64,000 nt of DNA, taken from Felis catus (taxonomy: Eukaryota). The stretch is taken from the NCBI RefSeq assembly GCF_018350175.1, contig NC_058368.1, positions 70,124,001 through 70,188,000 of the forward strand. Reading direction: 5' to 3'. The notes beneath the pieces were generated by a model. It had not been told where the DNA came from, did no database searches, and saw only the letters and a program-made list of their open reading frames with translations. Below are positions 47,909 through 59,970 of this stretch, one piece after another; position 1 is the first letter of the stretch; each line of letters begins with the position of its first letter. Position numbers and translations under genes: made by a program.

Positions 47909-48718
47909 CTTTGAAGAAAAGGGAGAGATACTTTAATGCCCCAGTTATCGGAGGTGGGTTGAAAGCAGGGGAGGCCCAGGGGGATGGCGGTCAGGGACCC
48001 AGGTGCAAGTGCAGTGGGGAGAGGAAGGTGTGGAAACAGAAGGTGGGAGGGGTTCCCCCAGGGAACCCATCAGTTAGGGAACCACCTGGCTCAGGTCAGT
48101 GGTCTTCCAGCCCACGACTCGACCTCCCAAGGACTTGGAGGAATGTGTCCCCTGACCCTGGGGGACTGATTCCACAGCCATAATTTACAGAGGTGTCTAA
48201 GACTAAACAGAACGTGTGTGTAACTTTTCCGAAGGGTAACTGCCGCTTGTTTATGGAACTGTGTTACACGAACAAAGAACTTGCTGCTACTCAGCCCCAT
48301 GGCATCTCTTGCTGTCCCACATAGTTATCTAATTTGATGGCAGACAGAGCTACCCTTCTCATCTCGGGAGAAGCAGTTTTACTGCAGATTTTAGTTGGGA
48401 AAAAGAAAAATGACAACAGGCTATACCAAAGGCCTTCCTAGAGCGACTTAAAATTCTTTGAAATTCCACGTCACCATTATTTGCAAAACCCATTAAGAGA
48501 AATGTAGTTGAAAAAAATAAAATTAAATAAATAAATGAATGGCTGCCCCTCTTTGGACCTCCTCTCATTCAGGTACAAGCACTGGCTTTAGGTATAGAAG
48601 AGAAAGCAGAAGTATTAAGTTGCACCCCCAAATAACTAGATTTTTTTTTAAATGAGTCCTTAGAAGGAAAATTGGAGAGCCACAGATTTAAGTGATTGGG
48701 ACAGTTTATTTTACATAC

Positions 48719-48788
48719 CTTAACATATGACCTCAAGTGGCTCTCCAATCCTTCCTCATGGCACTGGGCAACCACATGAATAATGACC
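48719..48788 (-). CDS. DOCK9: DOCK9 exon, 70 nt: VIIHVVAQCHEEGLESHLRSYVK
   Basis: GTAG acceptor, GTATGT donor, phase 2->0. Confidence 0.95.
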
Positions 48789-49060
48789 CTACACACCACA
48801 GGAATGAATAAAGCAATGAATAGTAATGTGAAAATGAAAACATTTCATTATTACACAGTAGTAGTAGAACAATGATGATGCTACTGGCACCACAGGAAAC
48901 AAGGAAACGAGGAATTAGATGGGGTCCCTATACATGGGATCAAAAGAAATTTCTTAACTATAATGGTCAACACATACTAGCATCCCAGATATGTACGACC
49001 GTGCTCCAGATGAGGACAGACTGAAAGGGGAGAAGGTATCCACCTCTCCGCCTCTCTTAC

Positions 49061-49176
49061 CGTGTCACGTTGACAGCAACTTCCTCCTGGGTCGCTCTGG
49101 TGAGGACGCGGAATAGTTGGTTCAGGATGGTGGGCAAGAAGGCGATCATCACGTGGCCTTCCATTGCATGCAAGCT
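49061..49176 (-). CDS. DOCK9: DOCK9 exon, 116 nt: SLHAMEGHVMIAFLPTILNQLFRVLTRATQEEVAVNVT(R)
   Basis: GTAG acceptor, GTAAGA donor, phase 0->2. Confidence 0.95.
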
Positions 49177-49289
49177 CTACAGACAAGGAATGGCACTTGT
49201 GTTATCTTCTTAACAGTAGGCCAACCCCAACAAATTTCCACCCAGTTCCAAATAAGGATGGAAGAAGTATATCTAAAACAATGGGAAAC

Positions 49290-49731
49290 TGTGGCGGGCA
49301 GAATAAGGGACAAAGATGTTCACATCCTAACTCCCAGAACCTGTGACTATGTTACAGGGCAAAAGGGAATTCGGGCTGCTAATCAGCTGGCCATAAGATG
49401 GGGGGACTCTTCTGGATTATCCAGGTGGGCATGAAGTCAACACAAAGGTCTTCATAATCAGAAGAGGGAGGCAGAAGGGGAGGGTCAGGGGAGACGTGCC
49501 TAAGGAAAGAATGGCCAGAGGTGCAAAACAGTTGGCTTTGAGATGGAGGAAGGGATTACAAGCAAAGGAATGAGGACAGCCTTCAGAAGCTGGGAAAGGG
49601 CAAGGAAACAGATTCACCCCCAGAGTTTCCAGAAAGGAACTCAGCCTATGGAGGTGTAAGAAAATAAATTTGTGCTGCTGGAAGCCACCAAATCTGTAGC
49701 ATTTGTTACAGCAGCGATAGAAAACCGACAC
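49290..49731 (+). mobile_element. MaLR (MLT1-type) solo LTR
   Basis: tgtggcgggcagaataa ... tttgttacagcagcgatagaaaaccgacaca. Confidence 0.85.
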
Positions 49732-50564
49732 AAAGTCTCTTCTTAAAGTCACACGGCTCTCCATGAGGTACCAGAAAGGACACTTGGCGAAGTAGTGACT
49801 TCAGAAGTCCCCATTCCATTTTCCTTGCTGAAATCAAACAAACTCGTATTCCATTTCTCAAATGTCTGGTATTTTGTCCCCACGCCTCGGGTGCTCTTTG
49901 AACTACTCTCCTTTTTTAAAATGTTCCCCTTGAACCACATTCTGGATAAAACTCCCCTAGAGAAATGCCACCTTGCTATCACTGTTTCATGATACAGGGA
50001 GCCTGCACAACACTGAGGATGGTCACACGCACTCTTTTCTGTTCTGTTCTGTTTTGTTTTTTGCCCACCTAGCACACATTCGCCACGGTTATGTTATCTC
50101 CTACAGTGAGCTCGAAATGCCTTAATGGCAGGACTGAAGTCCCTCCTTCTTATGTGCTTGTCCCTGTGCTCTGCACCCAGTGAGCACTCAGAGGACAGGG
50201 CCTGCGTATGTGTGTGATTTTGTAGGCAGAGAACAATGTATTTTGGGTTGGGCCTAAAAACAGTACATGTGGGACAAAGATGAAGGCAGAGCAGTTGTCC
50301 TATTTCTTTTCTTTCTCGTCTTCTTTTCTTTCTAATTAAATTCTTAATTTTAATTTCAGCAGAGTTGATGTACAGCACTCTGGAGTTGTCCTATTTATGA
50401 GGCCGCTTCTTGCCACCACCTAAAACCACAGAGAAGTGAGAGTACCCAGCTAAGAGCATCCTTATAAGGTTCCCGAGAGGTAAGAACGACCCTCGCCAGC
50501 AAAAGGAAAACCCAACCTACTCCAATCTCATTAAAAAGGGGTTACTAAGAAAGCCATCTGATAC

Positions 50565-50654
50565 CTTAAGGTATTTTACAAGTTCACTCCCTAAGGCCTG
50601 GGCTCCAGATTCGGTTTTCTGACAGTACTGGAAAAAATTATGTAAATGCTGATC
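50565..50654 (-). CDS. DOCK9: DOCK9 exon, 90 nt: DQHLHNFFQYCQKTESGAQALGSELVKYLK
   Basis: Long pyrimidine tract plus CCAG, GTATCA donor, phase 0->0. Confidence 0.95.
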
Positions 50655-51014
50655 CTGGGAGAAAAAAAAGAAGAGAAAGAAAGAAGGCCTATTAGCATAA
50701 TGTCGTGGAAATAGGAGTACCTGCTTCTTACAGCATGCATGTTTTATTTAGACTAAGAAACTGATCATATAAAAATGAAAACATCAAAAGAGATAAAAAT
50801 TTTTAAAAGATTTCCAAGAACCTCCAACAAAAGAGGAAATAGTTGAGAAACGTTACTTGTACTATTCATTTATGTCAGTACATATGAGCGCCTTATACGT
50901 ACGTATAACATATCAATTAGGATTTTTTGTTTGTTTGTTTTTTTGCCGAAAAGATCATGCAAATTCGTTCACTGAGCAATCATTGGTAACTAATGCTAAT
51001 GGAACAGCCCGTAC

Positions 51015-51101
51015 CTGAGTATACACGGTGGAAACCAGATGAGTTGAAACTTTCAGCAGTGGCTTGCTTCCATCCACCCATTTAATTTCTGGACCATAAT
51101 G
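51015..51101 (-). CDS. DOCK9: DOCK9 exon, 87 nt: [29 protein letters not shown] (end of DHR-1)
   Basis: CTAG acceptor, GTACGG donor, phase 0->0. Confidence 0.95.
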
Positions 51102-52191
51102 CTAGAAAATATGGAAGGGAAAAAAAACATCCCAACAGATGAGTGGTCTTGGCTTCAAACACCATGTTCACCGAGAGGACTGGTGAGGTGTCATGGGCCC
51201 AAACAGCATCAGTGACTCAACAGCTATGGCTGGTTCACTGCGAGAATGCAAGCAGTACTAATTTCTGCCCACTCTCTTCCCCCAGGTACAAAGTTCTCCT
51301 TACTGGATTTTCTAAGTCACCTTTTAGTTGCAGTTGTATGAGTTACTATCTGTTGGAGAGGGAAAGAATCCTATTTCACCAATGACTTAACCAAACTGGA
51401 TTTTAGGGTCCTGACAGTGATGGCAGAAGATTGTCCAGCAAATGGGACAGTATGAAGTCCTACATGGGTAAAGGGTCAATACTCTGTGTGTGCTTGCTTA
51501 GATTTCTGACTCCTCCATTTTTTCTTACGTTCAGATTAGGAATTATAACTGAATGGTATAGGATTTCTCCTGATTTTGGAATCTTTTAACCATTTGTCCA
51601 TAACATGGACCCAAATTTGGCACTACTTCAATGCTGAGAAATATTAAAAGCTCTGCAAAATGAAATAAAGCAGACCCTTACCTGAGTGCATTATAAAACT
51701 GAAATCTATAAAATTTAAGATGGCCAAACAAACTGCAAAATCAGTTAACCAATGGGAGAAATGGGAGAAAATTCAGGCTTTCATGGATTAGCAAAGGTAT
51801 CAGAACCAGCTACCCTGTGGGCACGAGTTGCTACATTTACACTAAACAGAAAGACAATTCCTAATAGTTTGCATGACTCTAAGAACACGTCCTTATTTGA
51901 GCATGGCTGATTTGCAGTGAAAAACTTTTACCTCATCCAGTATCTCTAAGTCTGTTTCCCTGATGAGGCGCTGCTAGTTCAGGACTTATAAAATGCCCAA
52001 ACTAGAATTCTAGATTGTGCCGTTAATAGCACTGCCTTCCAATGGCCTATGTTTACTTGGAAATGAATAACTAAAACCAAAATGTTGGGACCGGCAAAAA
52101 TACTGTGTGCGTTCTTGTGTTATTCTTGCGTTAGCCCATCTTTCATGTTTTCTGAAGGTACAGGGATAAATCAGTCTTAAAAGTCCTATAC

Positions 52192-52313
52192 CCTGCCCAT
52201 TCCGAGCTCCTGGTAGCCAAGGTAGCCAGAGGGGAGATTGGCCGCGACAGGAACATGCTGCTCACTAGTCACTACCCTTCCATCCTTCAGCAGAGGAAGC
52301 CAGGAATATCCAA
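52192..52313 (-). CDS. DOCK9: DOCK9 exon, 122 nt: [40 protein letters not shown] (DHR-1)
   Basis: ACAG acceptor, GTATAG donor, phase 1->0. Confidence 0.95.
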
Positions 52314-52484
52314 CTGTTGAAACAAAACACAAAAAATTTCACTGCAGGTTGTTTGAAAACATATGAAAGAAAGTCAGTGCTATGACATGGCCTGATCTTT
52401 AAGGCCCTGAATCTAGTCTCTGCCAAGCACTGTCTACAATGTACTTTGGCCTCTTTGGGATTACAATTCTAAAATGATCTTTCA

Positions 52485-52687
52485 GGGGCGCCTGGGTGGC
52501 GCAGTCGGTTAAGCGTCCGACTTCAGCCAGGTCACGATCTCGCGGTCCGTGAGTTCGAGCCCCGCGTCAGGCTCTGGGCTGATGGCTCGGAGCCTGGAGC
52601 CTGTTTCCTATTCTGTGTCTCCCTCTCTCTCTGCCCCTCCCCCGTTCATGCTCTGTCTCTCTCTGTCCCAAAATTAAAAAAAAAAAA
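52485..52687 (+). mobile_element. Young CpG-rich SINEC_Fc
   Basis: 14-bp TSD aaaatgatctttca. Confidence 0.96.
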
Positions 52688-52798
52688 AAAATGATCTTTC
52701 ATAAAAACTTACATATGCAAGCCAGGCATGCTACCTTCACAAACGTCATCTAAAAACTCCACAGAAGGATGAGAATTCAGAATCAAAATAAAGTTTAA

Positions 52799-53005
52799 GG
52801 GGCGCCTGGGTGGCTCAGTTGGTTAAGTGTCCGACTTCGGCTCAGGTCACGATCTCACGGTTTGTGAGTTCAAGCCCCTCATCGGGCTCCGCACTGGCAC
52901 TGCAGAGCCTGCTTGAGATTCTCCCTTTCTCCCTCTCTCTGTGCCCCTTCCCCACTTGCACACACATGCTCTCTCTCTCAAAATAAATAAATAAAACTTA
53001 AAAAA
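52799..53005 (+). mobile_element. Carnivore SINE (SINEC)
   Basis: TSD aaataaa.tttaag. Confidence 0.93.
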
Positions 53006-53070
53006 TAAATAAAATTTAAGAACCTACTATGTAACCTGTAAACAATGAAAGGATTGATGAGACCCCAAAC

Positions 53071-53194
53071 CTTGTGTTTCAACAACATCCTTCTTCTTTG
53101 TGCTCCCTTTACTAGAATTATCGCAGCTGACATGGAAAAACGTGAACAACAAGTGGTGCTTTTCGTGTAGCTGGGTGGGCAGTTCTATTTTAAT
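53071..53194 (-). CDS. DOCK9: DOCK9 exon, 124 nt: [41 protein letters not shown](V) (DHR-1)
   Basis: GCAG acceptor, GTTTGG donor, phase 0->1. Confidence 0.95.
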
Positions 53195-53380
53195 CTGCAA
53201 GGAAGACAAAATAACAATCTCTCTTATATTTTAAAACAACAATTCCTGATGAGAGCAGGCACACAACACGTCACCCATTGCACAAACCTGCATTTGGTCT
53301 CCAAACTAGCATTAACATTTGCAGTCGAAGAAATCAAAGAACGTAAACTGTGCCAAAGAAGAAATGGATCCATAATCCAC

Positions 53381-53737
53381 TGCTGTGATCTGAATGTGTG
53401 TGTCCCCACTCCCACCCCCAAATTCTTATGTTGAAATTCGTATTACCCCCAAGGTAATGGTATTAGGATGTATGGCCTTGTGGGGGTGACTAAGTCATGA
53501 GGGTGGAGGCCTCATGAATGGGACTGATGCTCTTACAAGAGATCCAACAGAGCCCTCCCTGCCCATTCCACCGTGTGAGGGTACAACTGAGAAGTGTGTG
53601 ACCTGGAAATGGCCCTCACTGGGCCACGCTGGCCCCCTGATCTAGGACTTCAGCCTCCAGAACTGTGAGCAATAAATACCTGCTGTTTCCAATCTACCTA
53701 TTCTGTGGTTCTGCTGTAGCCTGAACAGACCAAGACA
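53381..53737 (+). mobile_element. MaLR (MLT1A/MST-type) solo LTR
   Basis: tgctgtgatctgaatgtgtgtgtcccc ... gcctgaacagaccaagaca. Confidence 0.85.
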
Positions 53738-53879
53738 TTCACTGACCAGAAATGGGAGAGTTGGTACGTCAACTCTAGAAAGAACTAGAAAACACGTGAC
53801 ATCAATCCCTACATTAACCTAACACAGCTAAGGCATGATGAAAAACCAGGATAGAACATCTGAAAGTAGGATTCATACA

Positions 53880-54028
53880 GGGGCGCCTGGGTGGTTCAGT
53901 CAGTCAAGCATCAGACTTGGCTCAGGTCATGATCTCGCGGCTCATGAGTTTGAGCCCGAGTTGGGCTCTGTGCTGACAGCTCAGAGCCTGGAGCCTGCTA
54001 CGGATTCTGTGTCTCCCTCTCTCTCTGC

Positions 54029-54064
<36 letters not shown>

Positions 54065-54087
54065 ACTAAACATTAACAATTTTTTTT
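53880..54087 (+). mobile_element. SINEC_Fc-type SINE
   Basis: TSD aaagtaggattcata. Confidence 0.94.
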
Positions 54088-54478
54088 AAAGTAGGATTCA
54101 TATAGCAGTTTTAATGAACTACATTATCATTCCACATAAAGAAACAACACAGAAAAAAGATTCTCGGATCCAACAGACATAACCACACAAGTGTGAATTT
54201 GAAAGAAAGTATGTCAGAATATTAATTGTGGTAGTAATAGAGGAGAGCTTTTTGACTTTTCCCCTTCTATGATCTGCTTTTTCCCAAGTGTTCAGAATAA
54301 ATGTTACTTTTGTAATTAGAACAGATGATGTAAAATAAATACTTCAACATTTAGTTCTAGCACTGTAATTGCAGTGTAGTATGCAGTTTCTCTTGAATTT
54401 TGCTTTACTAAGCAAACAACTTGGAGTTTTCTTTAAAACTGGTTAACTGGGATTTCCCTTGAAAACCTCCTCACTTAC

Positions 54479-54571
54479 CTCATCATAAAATTCTGGGTTT
54501 TGGTGATGGTGTAAAACCGCAGCAAAGGCGCTTCTTGTGAACACTGGCCCACCGGGCCTGCCATAAATGCA
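54479..54571 (-). CDS. DOCK9: DOCK9 exon, 93 nt: [31 protein letters not shown] (DHR-1)
   Basis: TTAG acceptor, GTAAGT donor, phase 0->0. Confidence 0.96.
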
Positions 54572-55733
54572 CTAAAGCACGAGTTAGCAAAGAAAAACAC
54601 CAGTATTTAATTAACAGAGTCAGAAATTAAACTCAGATGTGTTGTAAAGAGGCCTTCCTGCAGCATAAACTTATAATAACCACCTCTGATGGATGGATTT
54701 CTTCTGCCTAAGAGACCCCTATGTCCCCTTACTCCTGGGTCCAACCCTTCCTTCAGCCCCTCTCCCAGCTCCCCCACCTGAGCACACACACCCGTCCACG
54801 CTATAACCAGACAACAGCTTGCCCACAACTCCCTTTCTCACCTCCGCACCTGTGCTCATGCAATCCCTCTGTCTGAACGACTTTCCCTTCTATGTGCACC
54901 ACACTCCCACGTGTCCATCAAGAAATGATTAACTCCTTCCTCTGGGTCCCCTTAGCATTTTTTAGACTAATTATTATTCAGTTTTGACAGAAAGTCATTT
55001 CAGGACCTTCTATGTGCCAGGAGCTTTTTCTCCATGACTAGCTTTCTCAGCAAACCATGATTTTTTTTTTTCTTGAGGGCAAAAACTATTACATTCTTCT
55101 TTACACCTTTGTCTCCTTCCTTTCTTGGAAAGTCATTTTCACATAGTTACAGTAAAGAATTTGGGGTCTGGAGCCAGACCACACTGGTGCCACTAATGGA
55201 CAGCCCTAAACAATTTTATTTAAATTTTATGCATTAGTCTCATCTAAAAATTACTGTTAGGAGAATTAAAGGAGTTTAATAACTCTAAGCCTCTATGAGC
55301 AGAGTCTGGGTCATAATAAGCACTCAATAAACCCCACCAATACTCTACTACTGTTATTATTACCATATTATAATACTTAACAAATATCAATCTATCCTTA
55401 TTATTATTTCTATTATCAATCTTACTAATACAATTCTTAGCACCCACACACCCTGGCTCATGGTCAGACGTGATGTATTTACCGAATTGAACATGCCTAA
55501 GAAACCTTCATCCCCAAAGAGTGTGACAAAACGGAAACAGTCAATGAGGAACAAGAACTCATTTACTCCATATTATGTAAGGTTTGACACATCTGGTTAT
55601 ATATTATGATGTCACATATCTTCGTGTTTGCGTCTAACTATAACGTGCTAAATTCCTTTAGTTGTGCAATTTGCCACTCAGGTCCACTTTTAAAATGGAA
55701 AAATGCAGACATATATAAAAAACAAACCTTCAG

Positions 55734-55958
55734 GGGCGCCTGGGTGGCTCAGTCGGTTAAGCGGCCGACGTCGGCTCAGGTCATGATCTCATGGTCCGTG
55801 AGTTCGAGCCCCGCGTCGGGCTCTGTGCTGACAGCTCAGAGCCTGGAGCCTGCTTATGTTTCTGTGTCTCCCTCTCTCTCTGCCCCTCCCCCATTCGCGC
55901 TCTGTCTCTCTCTGCCTTTCAAAAATGAATAAATGTTAAAAACAAAACAAAACAAAAC
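55734..55958 (+). mobile_element. SINEC_Fc inserted at a DOCK9 splice donor
   Basis: TSD aaaacaaaccttcag (55719-55733 / 55959-55973) overlaps the exon end. Confidence 0.95.
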
Positions 55959-55967
55959 AAAACAAAC

Positions 55968-56033
55968 CTTCAGAGGCTGAGAGTCTTCCTCATCTGAATC
56001 TTTGAATTCAATGCAAATAGCAATATTTCTGGC
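55968..56033 (-). CDS. DOCK9: DOCK9 exon, 66 nt: ARNIAICIEFKDSDEEDSQPLK (DHR-1)
   Basis: ACAG acceptor, AAG|GTTTGT donor, phase 0->0. Confidence 0.95.
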
Positions 56034-56165
56034 CTGTAGCAATATTTAAAGAAAAAAAGAAAAAGAAAATAAGGCAAGAAGCCAGAATATGTAAATGTAT
56101 ATAAAAGAACATGAGAAGCCAAGAGAGACTGATCTCAAAACTGAAACCTCCATCTCCGCGCTCAC

Positions 56166-56353
56166 CTTGGCAAAAGACTTTTGACTGTCGTATTTCAAGT
56201 ACTTAGGATAAACATACAGGTGGTTGTTGTAGATGGTGTAAGGCTGAGTGTGTTTTGGTATGCAGGGCACAAATTCTTCCACTTCAAATGTGATTGGAGT
56301 TTTACTACAGGTTTCAAATTGCTTCATGGGAATGTATGATGAATTCACATAAT
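56166..56353 (-). CDS. DOCK9: DOCK9 exon, 188 nt: YVNSSYIPMKQFETCSK...HLYVYPKYLKYDSQKSFAK (start of DHR-1/C2)
   Basis: CCAG acceptor, GTGAGC donor, phase 1->0; lies in ORF 56046..56375. Confidence 0.96.
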
Positions 56354-56432
56354 CTGGAAAATTAACAATAAACAAGTTGCAGTAAAAACCAAACAGAATT
56401 TTGTCTGGTTATTACAAAGAACTAACACTTAC

Positions 56433-56512
56433 TAGGAAAGTCTGAGGAAACATTATCAATTGTAATGTCTAGGTTGCCCAAAATCACCGGGAGTTTAGCC
56501 ATCTTCTCGGGT
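56433..56512 (-). CDS. DOCK9: DOCK9 exon, 80 nt: (K)PEKMAKLPVILGNLDITIDNVSSDFP(N)
   Basis: ACAG acceptor, GTAAGT donor, phase 2->1; followed by a 79-nt intron. Confidence 0.95.
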
Positions 56513-56574
56513 CTGTAAACAGAAAAAAAGAAAAATCACACGTGTCTAAGTCAGGTTAGCTCTAAAACCTAAAT

Positions 56575-56885
56575 TCTGGAGCAGCACTTCCAGAGAAATA
56601 TAATGTGAGCCACACAGTAAACCTCCTAGGAGCCACATTTTAAAAAGTAAAAAAAAAAAACAAACAAAAAAAAAACGGGTAAAATTAGTTTTAAGAATAC
56701 ATTTGATTTAACCCAATATATCTCAACTATTATTATTTTAATATGTAATCAGTATAAAAAGTTACTCTAATTGTTCAAATGCAGATGTGTATTACACTTA
56801 CAGCTCATCTCAGTTTGGACTTGGCTGTATTTCACCTGCTCAATAGTCACCCATGGCCAGTAGCTACCGTGCTGGACTGCACAAA
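56575..56885. mobile_element. MER3/MER33-like hAT-Charlie fossil
   Basis: agaaatataatgtgagccaca ... ctcaatagtcacccatggccagtagctaccgtgctggactgcaca. Confidence 0.75.
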
Positions 56886-57299
56886 TCTAGTTAAGAGTAT
56901 CAGCAAGGTGTTACAGTTAGTTTTCGTGAACCACTCCATCCTTACCCACACATTCTTGGCTCATTTACAATCATGAAAATAGAGCTAGACTCCATCTTAG
57001 GCTCCAGTATCTAGTAAAATGCTGGACACAAAGGAAGTACTGAATGAAACGTTTGGTGTTTGTATTTGGTGTAACTCAACCCAGTATAAGAACCTCCTGT
57101 GCGACGTTCCCGACAGGACTGCTCCGGCGTCACCCCTCCCTAGGTGTGAGGAAGCTCAGCATAGCGGTTTTCACACCCAGACTGTGCTTCCTCATCTCAC
57201 CTCCCTGAAACCTGCACTCACCAAGGGGCCTGGTTACATTCTTTGTGGCACACCTTTCCACCGTCTATGAATGGCAACCACATCATGCTGAAGGCCTCC

Positions 57300-58500
57300 G
57301 TTTTCAGCCCTTTTGGACCTTCCTCCAATGCCATTTCTCCCCTAGAACAATGCTCCATTTACATCAAGGTGCCCAAACTGCATAGATCAGGCCCAGTAAG
57401 GTCTGACCAGGTGGGGGCATAGGAGCTAGCTGGTTTTGAACCATACACCCTTCTACCGACGTAGCCAGATTCTATTATTTTGTGGTAGCCACACCACCCT
57501 AGTGATGTACATTACATTTAAATCACCTACAATCCTGGAATCTTTTTCCATAGGCTTTACTTTCATGCTACATCCCTCTCCTATATTCATACAATTATGG
57601 TTTGGGAACTCAGAATGGGATTTGATTTTTGCCTTGCGGAAGTTTCACTTTTTAACGTCTGAGCCATTTCGAGTTGATCAAAACCCTTCCAGATCCAGGT
57701 TCTGACATCTAATGTATAAGATATCCCTAACAGCCTGATGTCATGAGGACACTTCGCCAGCATGTTATGTCCTCAAAAAAGTCACGGATGATGATACTGC
57801 ACAGAATGTGGCCAAGAACAGGTTCCTTCTCAAACCCCTAAAGGTCCGCCACCAGACTGATGCTAATCCCTTCACCGCTGTTCCTGGAACACCTGTCCAC
57901 TCGTGCACACTACACTTCCCTGACTCATTCACAGGACATCTTGGAACATACGCTTGTTAAAGGTCTCACATTCCTCTATGGCACCAGTTTAGCAACCCAA
58001 TTAAAAAAAGAAAAGCCGCAATGTGGTTAGGACGACAAGTTCGACATGACATGACTTATTCCTAAGAAAACAGAATGCTGCCTCGTGGTTCTTCACAAGC
58101 CACCTGTTTAATAATGCCTTTTAAAACACTGCCAAAAAAAACCCATCAAAGCTCACTGGCCTCCAGATTCTGCATTTGGTTTTATTCCTGTTTTTGAAAA
58201 GTTCCTAGCTCCTGTCTTGAAGATTCCTCAGACGTTACTGTTAACGTGTTAATAATAAGCAGCCTCACATGTACCGTGTCAGTCTAACCTGGGGTACTGT
58301 TCATTTGCGTCAGGATTTCCTAACAGTCCTGAATCCTCGCTTCCTGATGACAACAGCCCATGTTGAGCACATTCTGAGCTTTGCCCACTGCCAGCTCCAA
58401 TGTGCGGAATCGCTTCCTCCTAGGGTTTCTCTCTTTTCCACTTGTCTTTTGTTTATATCAGAGTTTAAATGGGCAATTCCTTGAAATCCTGAAAGAGATA
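57300..58500 (-). mobile_element. Possible ancient CR1/L3 LINE remnant
   Basis: Weak motif resemblance (gtgcccaaactg...ggtctgaccag); boundaries uncertain. Confidence 0.4.
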
Positions 58501-58565
58501 ACTATCAGGAAGACAGGTCAACAATTTTTCACACATTCTGTTTTCAGTTAAAAAAATTGCTGGCC

Positions 58566-58762
58566 GGGGCTCCTAGGTGGCTCAGTCAGTTAAACGTCTG
58601 ACTCTTGATTTCAGCTCAGGTTATGATCTTGCAGGTCATGAGTTTGAGCCCTACGCGCTGTCAGTGTGGCTTGCTTGGGATTCTTTCTCTCTCTCCTTCT
58701 ATCTGCCCCTCCCCTGCTCTTTCTCTCTCTCAAAATAAATAAACTTAAAAATTTTTTTTTAA
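58566..58762 (+). mobile_element. Carnivore SINE (SINEC)
   Basis: Head, CT tract, tail. Confidence 0.92.
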
Positions 58763-58858
58763 AGATTTCTGGCCAAAAGATGTCTAGGTAGAGCCCAGCA
58801 TCACCGCTCTATCTTGTCCCTGTGCCTACTGTGTGATTTATGCAAAAACATAATATGC

Positions 58859-59092
58859 TTTTCTTTTAAATTTTTTTTAATATTTATTTTTGAGAGAGAG
58901 AGAGAGAATGCAAGCAGGAGAGGGGCAGAGAGAGAGAGAGAGAGGGAGACACAGAATCGGAAGCAGGCTCCAGGCTCTGAGCTGTCAGCACAGAGCCCGA
59001 CATGGGGCTCGCACTCACGACCCTTTGAGCCGTGAGATCATGACCTGAGCCGAAGTCAGCCACCTAACCGGCTGAGCCACCTGGGCACCCCC
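58859..59092 (-). mobile_element. SINEC_Fc-type SINE
   Basis: Poly-T, GA tract, reverse head. Confidence 0.94.
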
Positions 59093-59929
59093 ACAGTATT
59101 ATTTCCTACTAGCTAGAAGACTGTGCCTTCAACAGTCATCTCCTGGTTGCTGTTGCAACCAGGCCTCCCACACATTGCGTGCTCCCATGATGCTATACTG
59201 TCGGAGTCGCTCTCCACTTTACATAGAGCTCTTCAGGGATATCGACCCCGAGACCCATGGGTTTCTGTGCAGCTATAAATCCGCCTGACATACAGTGCCT
59301 TGCTCCACCCCTTCATTCAAACACCTCAACACTGCCCCTTACCACAGAACCCTGCATCCCACAAATCTTACAGACACCTAGGAAGTTGTTTCTGCTTCCT
59401 CGAATCAGAAATATCCTGCTTATTGCAAAGAATATTTCCAAATGTAAGTGTCCAAGAGCGCTGTGTTTCATCCCTTGCTGGTTATGTCTGCCAATAAGGG
59501 AGTATGTCCCTTCACCACTTTTTCTATTACCCTGCCATCATCCTCATATAAACTTATGATAACTGGATTTCTAAGCAACAAGTTTTAATTAAACAATCCT
59601 CACTGGAACTCTTCGCACAATGTGTTATATTCTTCTGTGTCTAACTATACTTGTTTCTTTTCCCTGATGAAAGCTTTCAGTTCTGGCTGCTATTTCTATA
59701 GAGGCATTATGTCCATGTATTTCCAAGAAAGCACAGATCTGAGCTTAGTTCCACAGCACATGGCACATGGGCTTGGTGGAAGCTGTTTCTACCAACTTGG
59801 TTTTTTAAATATAGTCTTAAACTTACTTCAAAACTTCAGGGCTTTTATGGAACCTGGCTCAATACACATCAAAACCTTACAAACAATGAAAATTCTATTG
59901 CCCTTTTTTATATGCATTTCCAAAGTGAT

Positions 59930-59930
<1 letters not shown>

Positions 59931-59966
<36 letters not shown>

Positions 59967-59970
59967 GTGT
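59931..59970. repeat. (GT)n microsatellite with one GC interruption
   Basis: Read directly. Confidence 0.95.

Noticed and set aside
51682..51705. 17- or 24-nt pseudo-exon with CAG|GTAAGG donor
   Set aside because: Poor pyrimidine tract; 17 nt frameshifts and 24 nt contains TAA. A poison exon cannot be excluded but nothing supports it.
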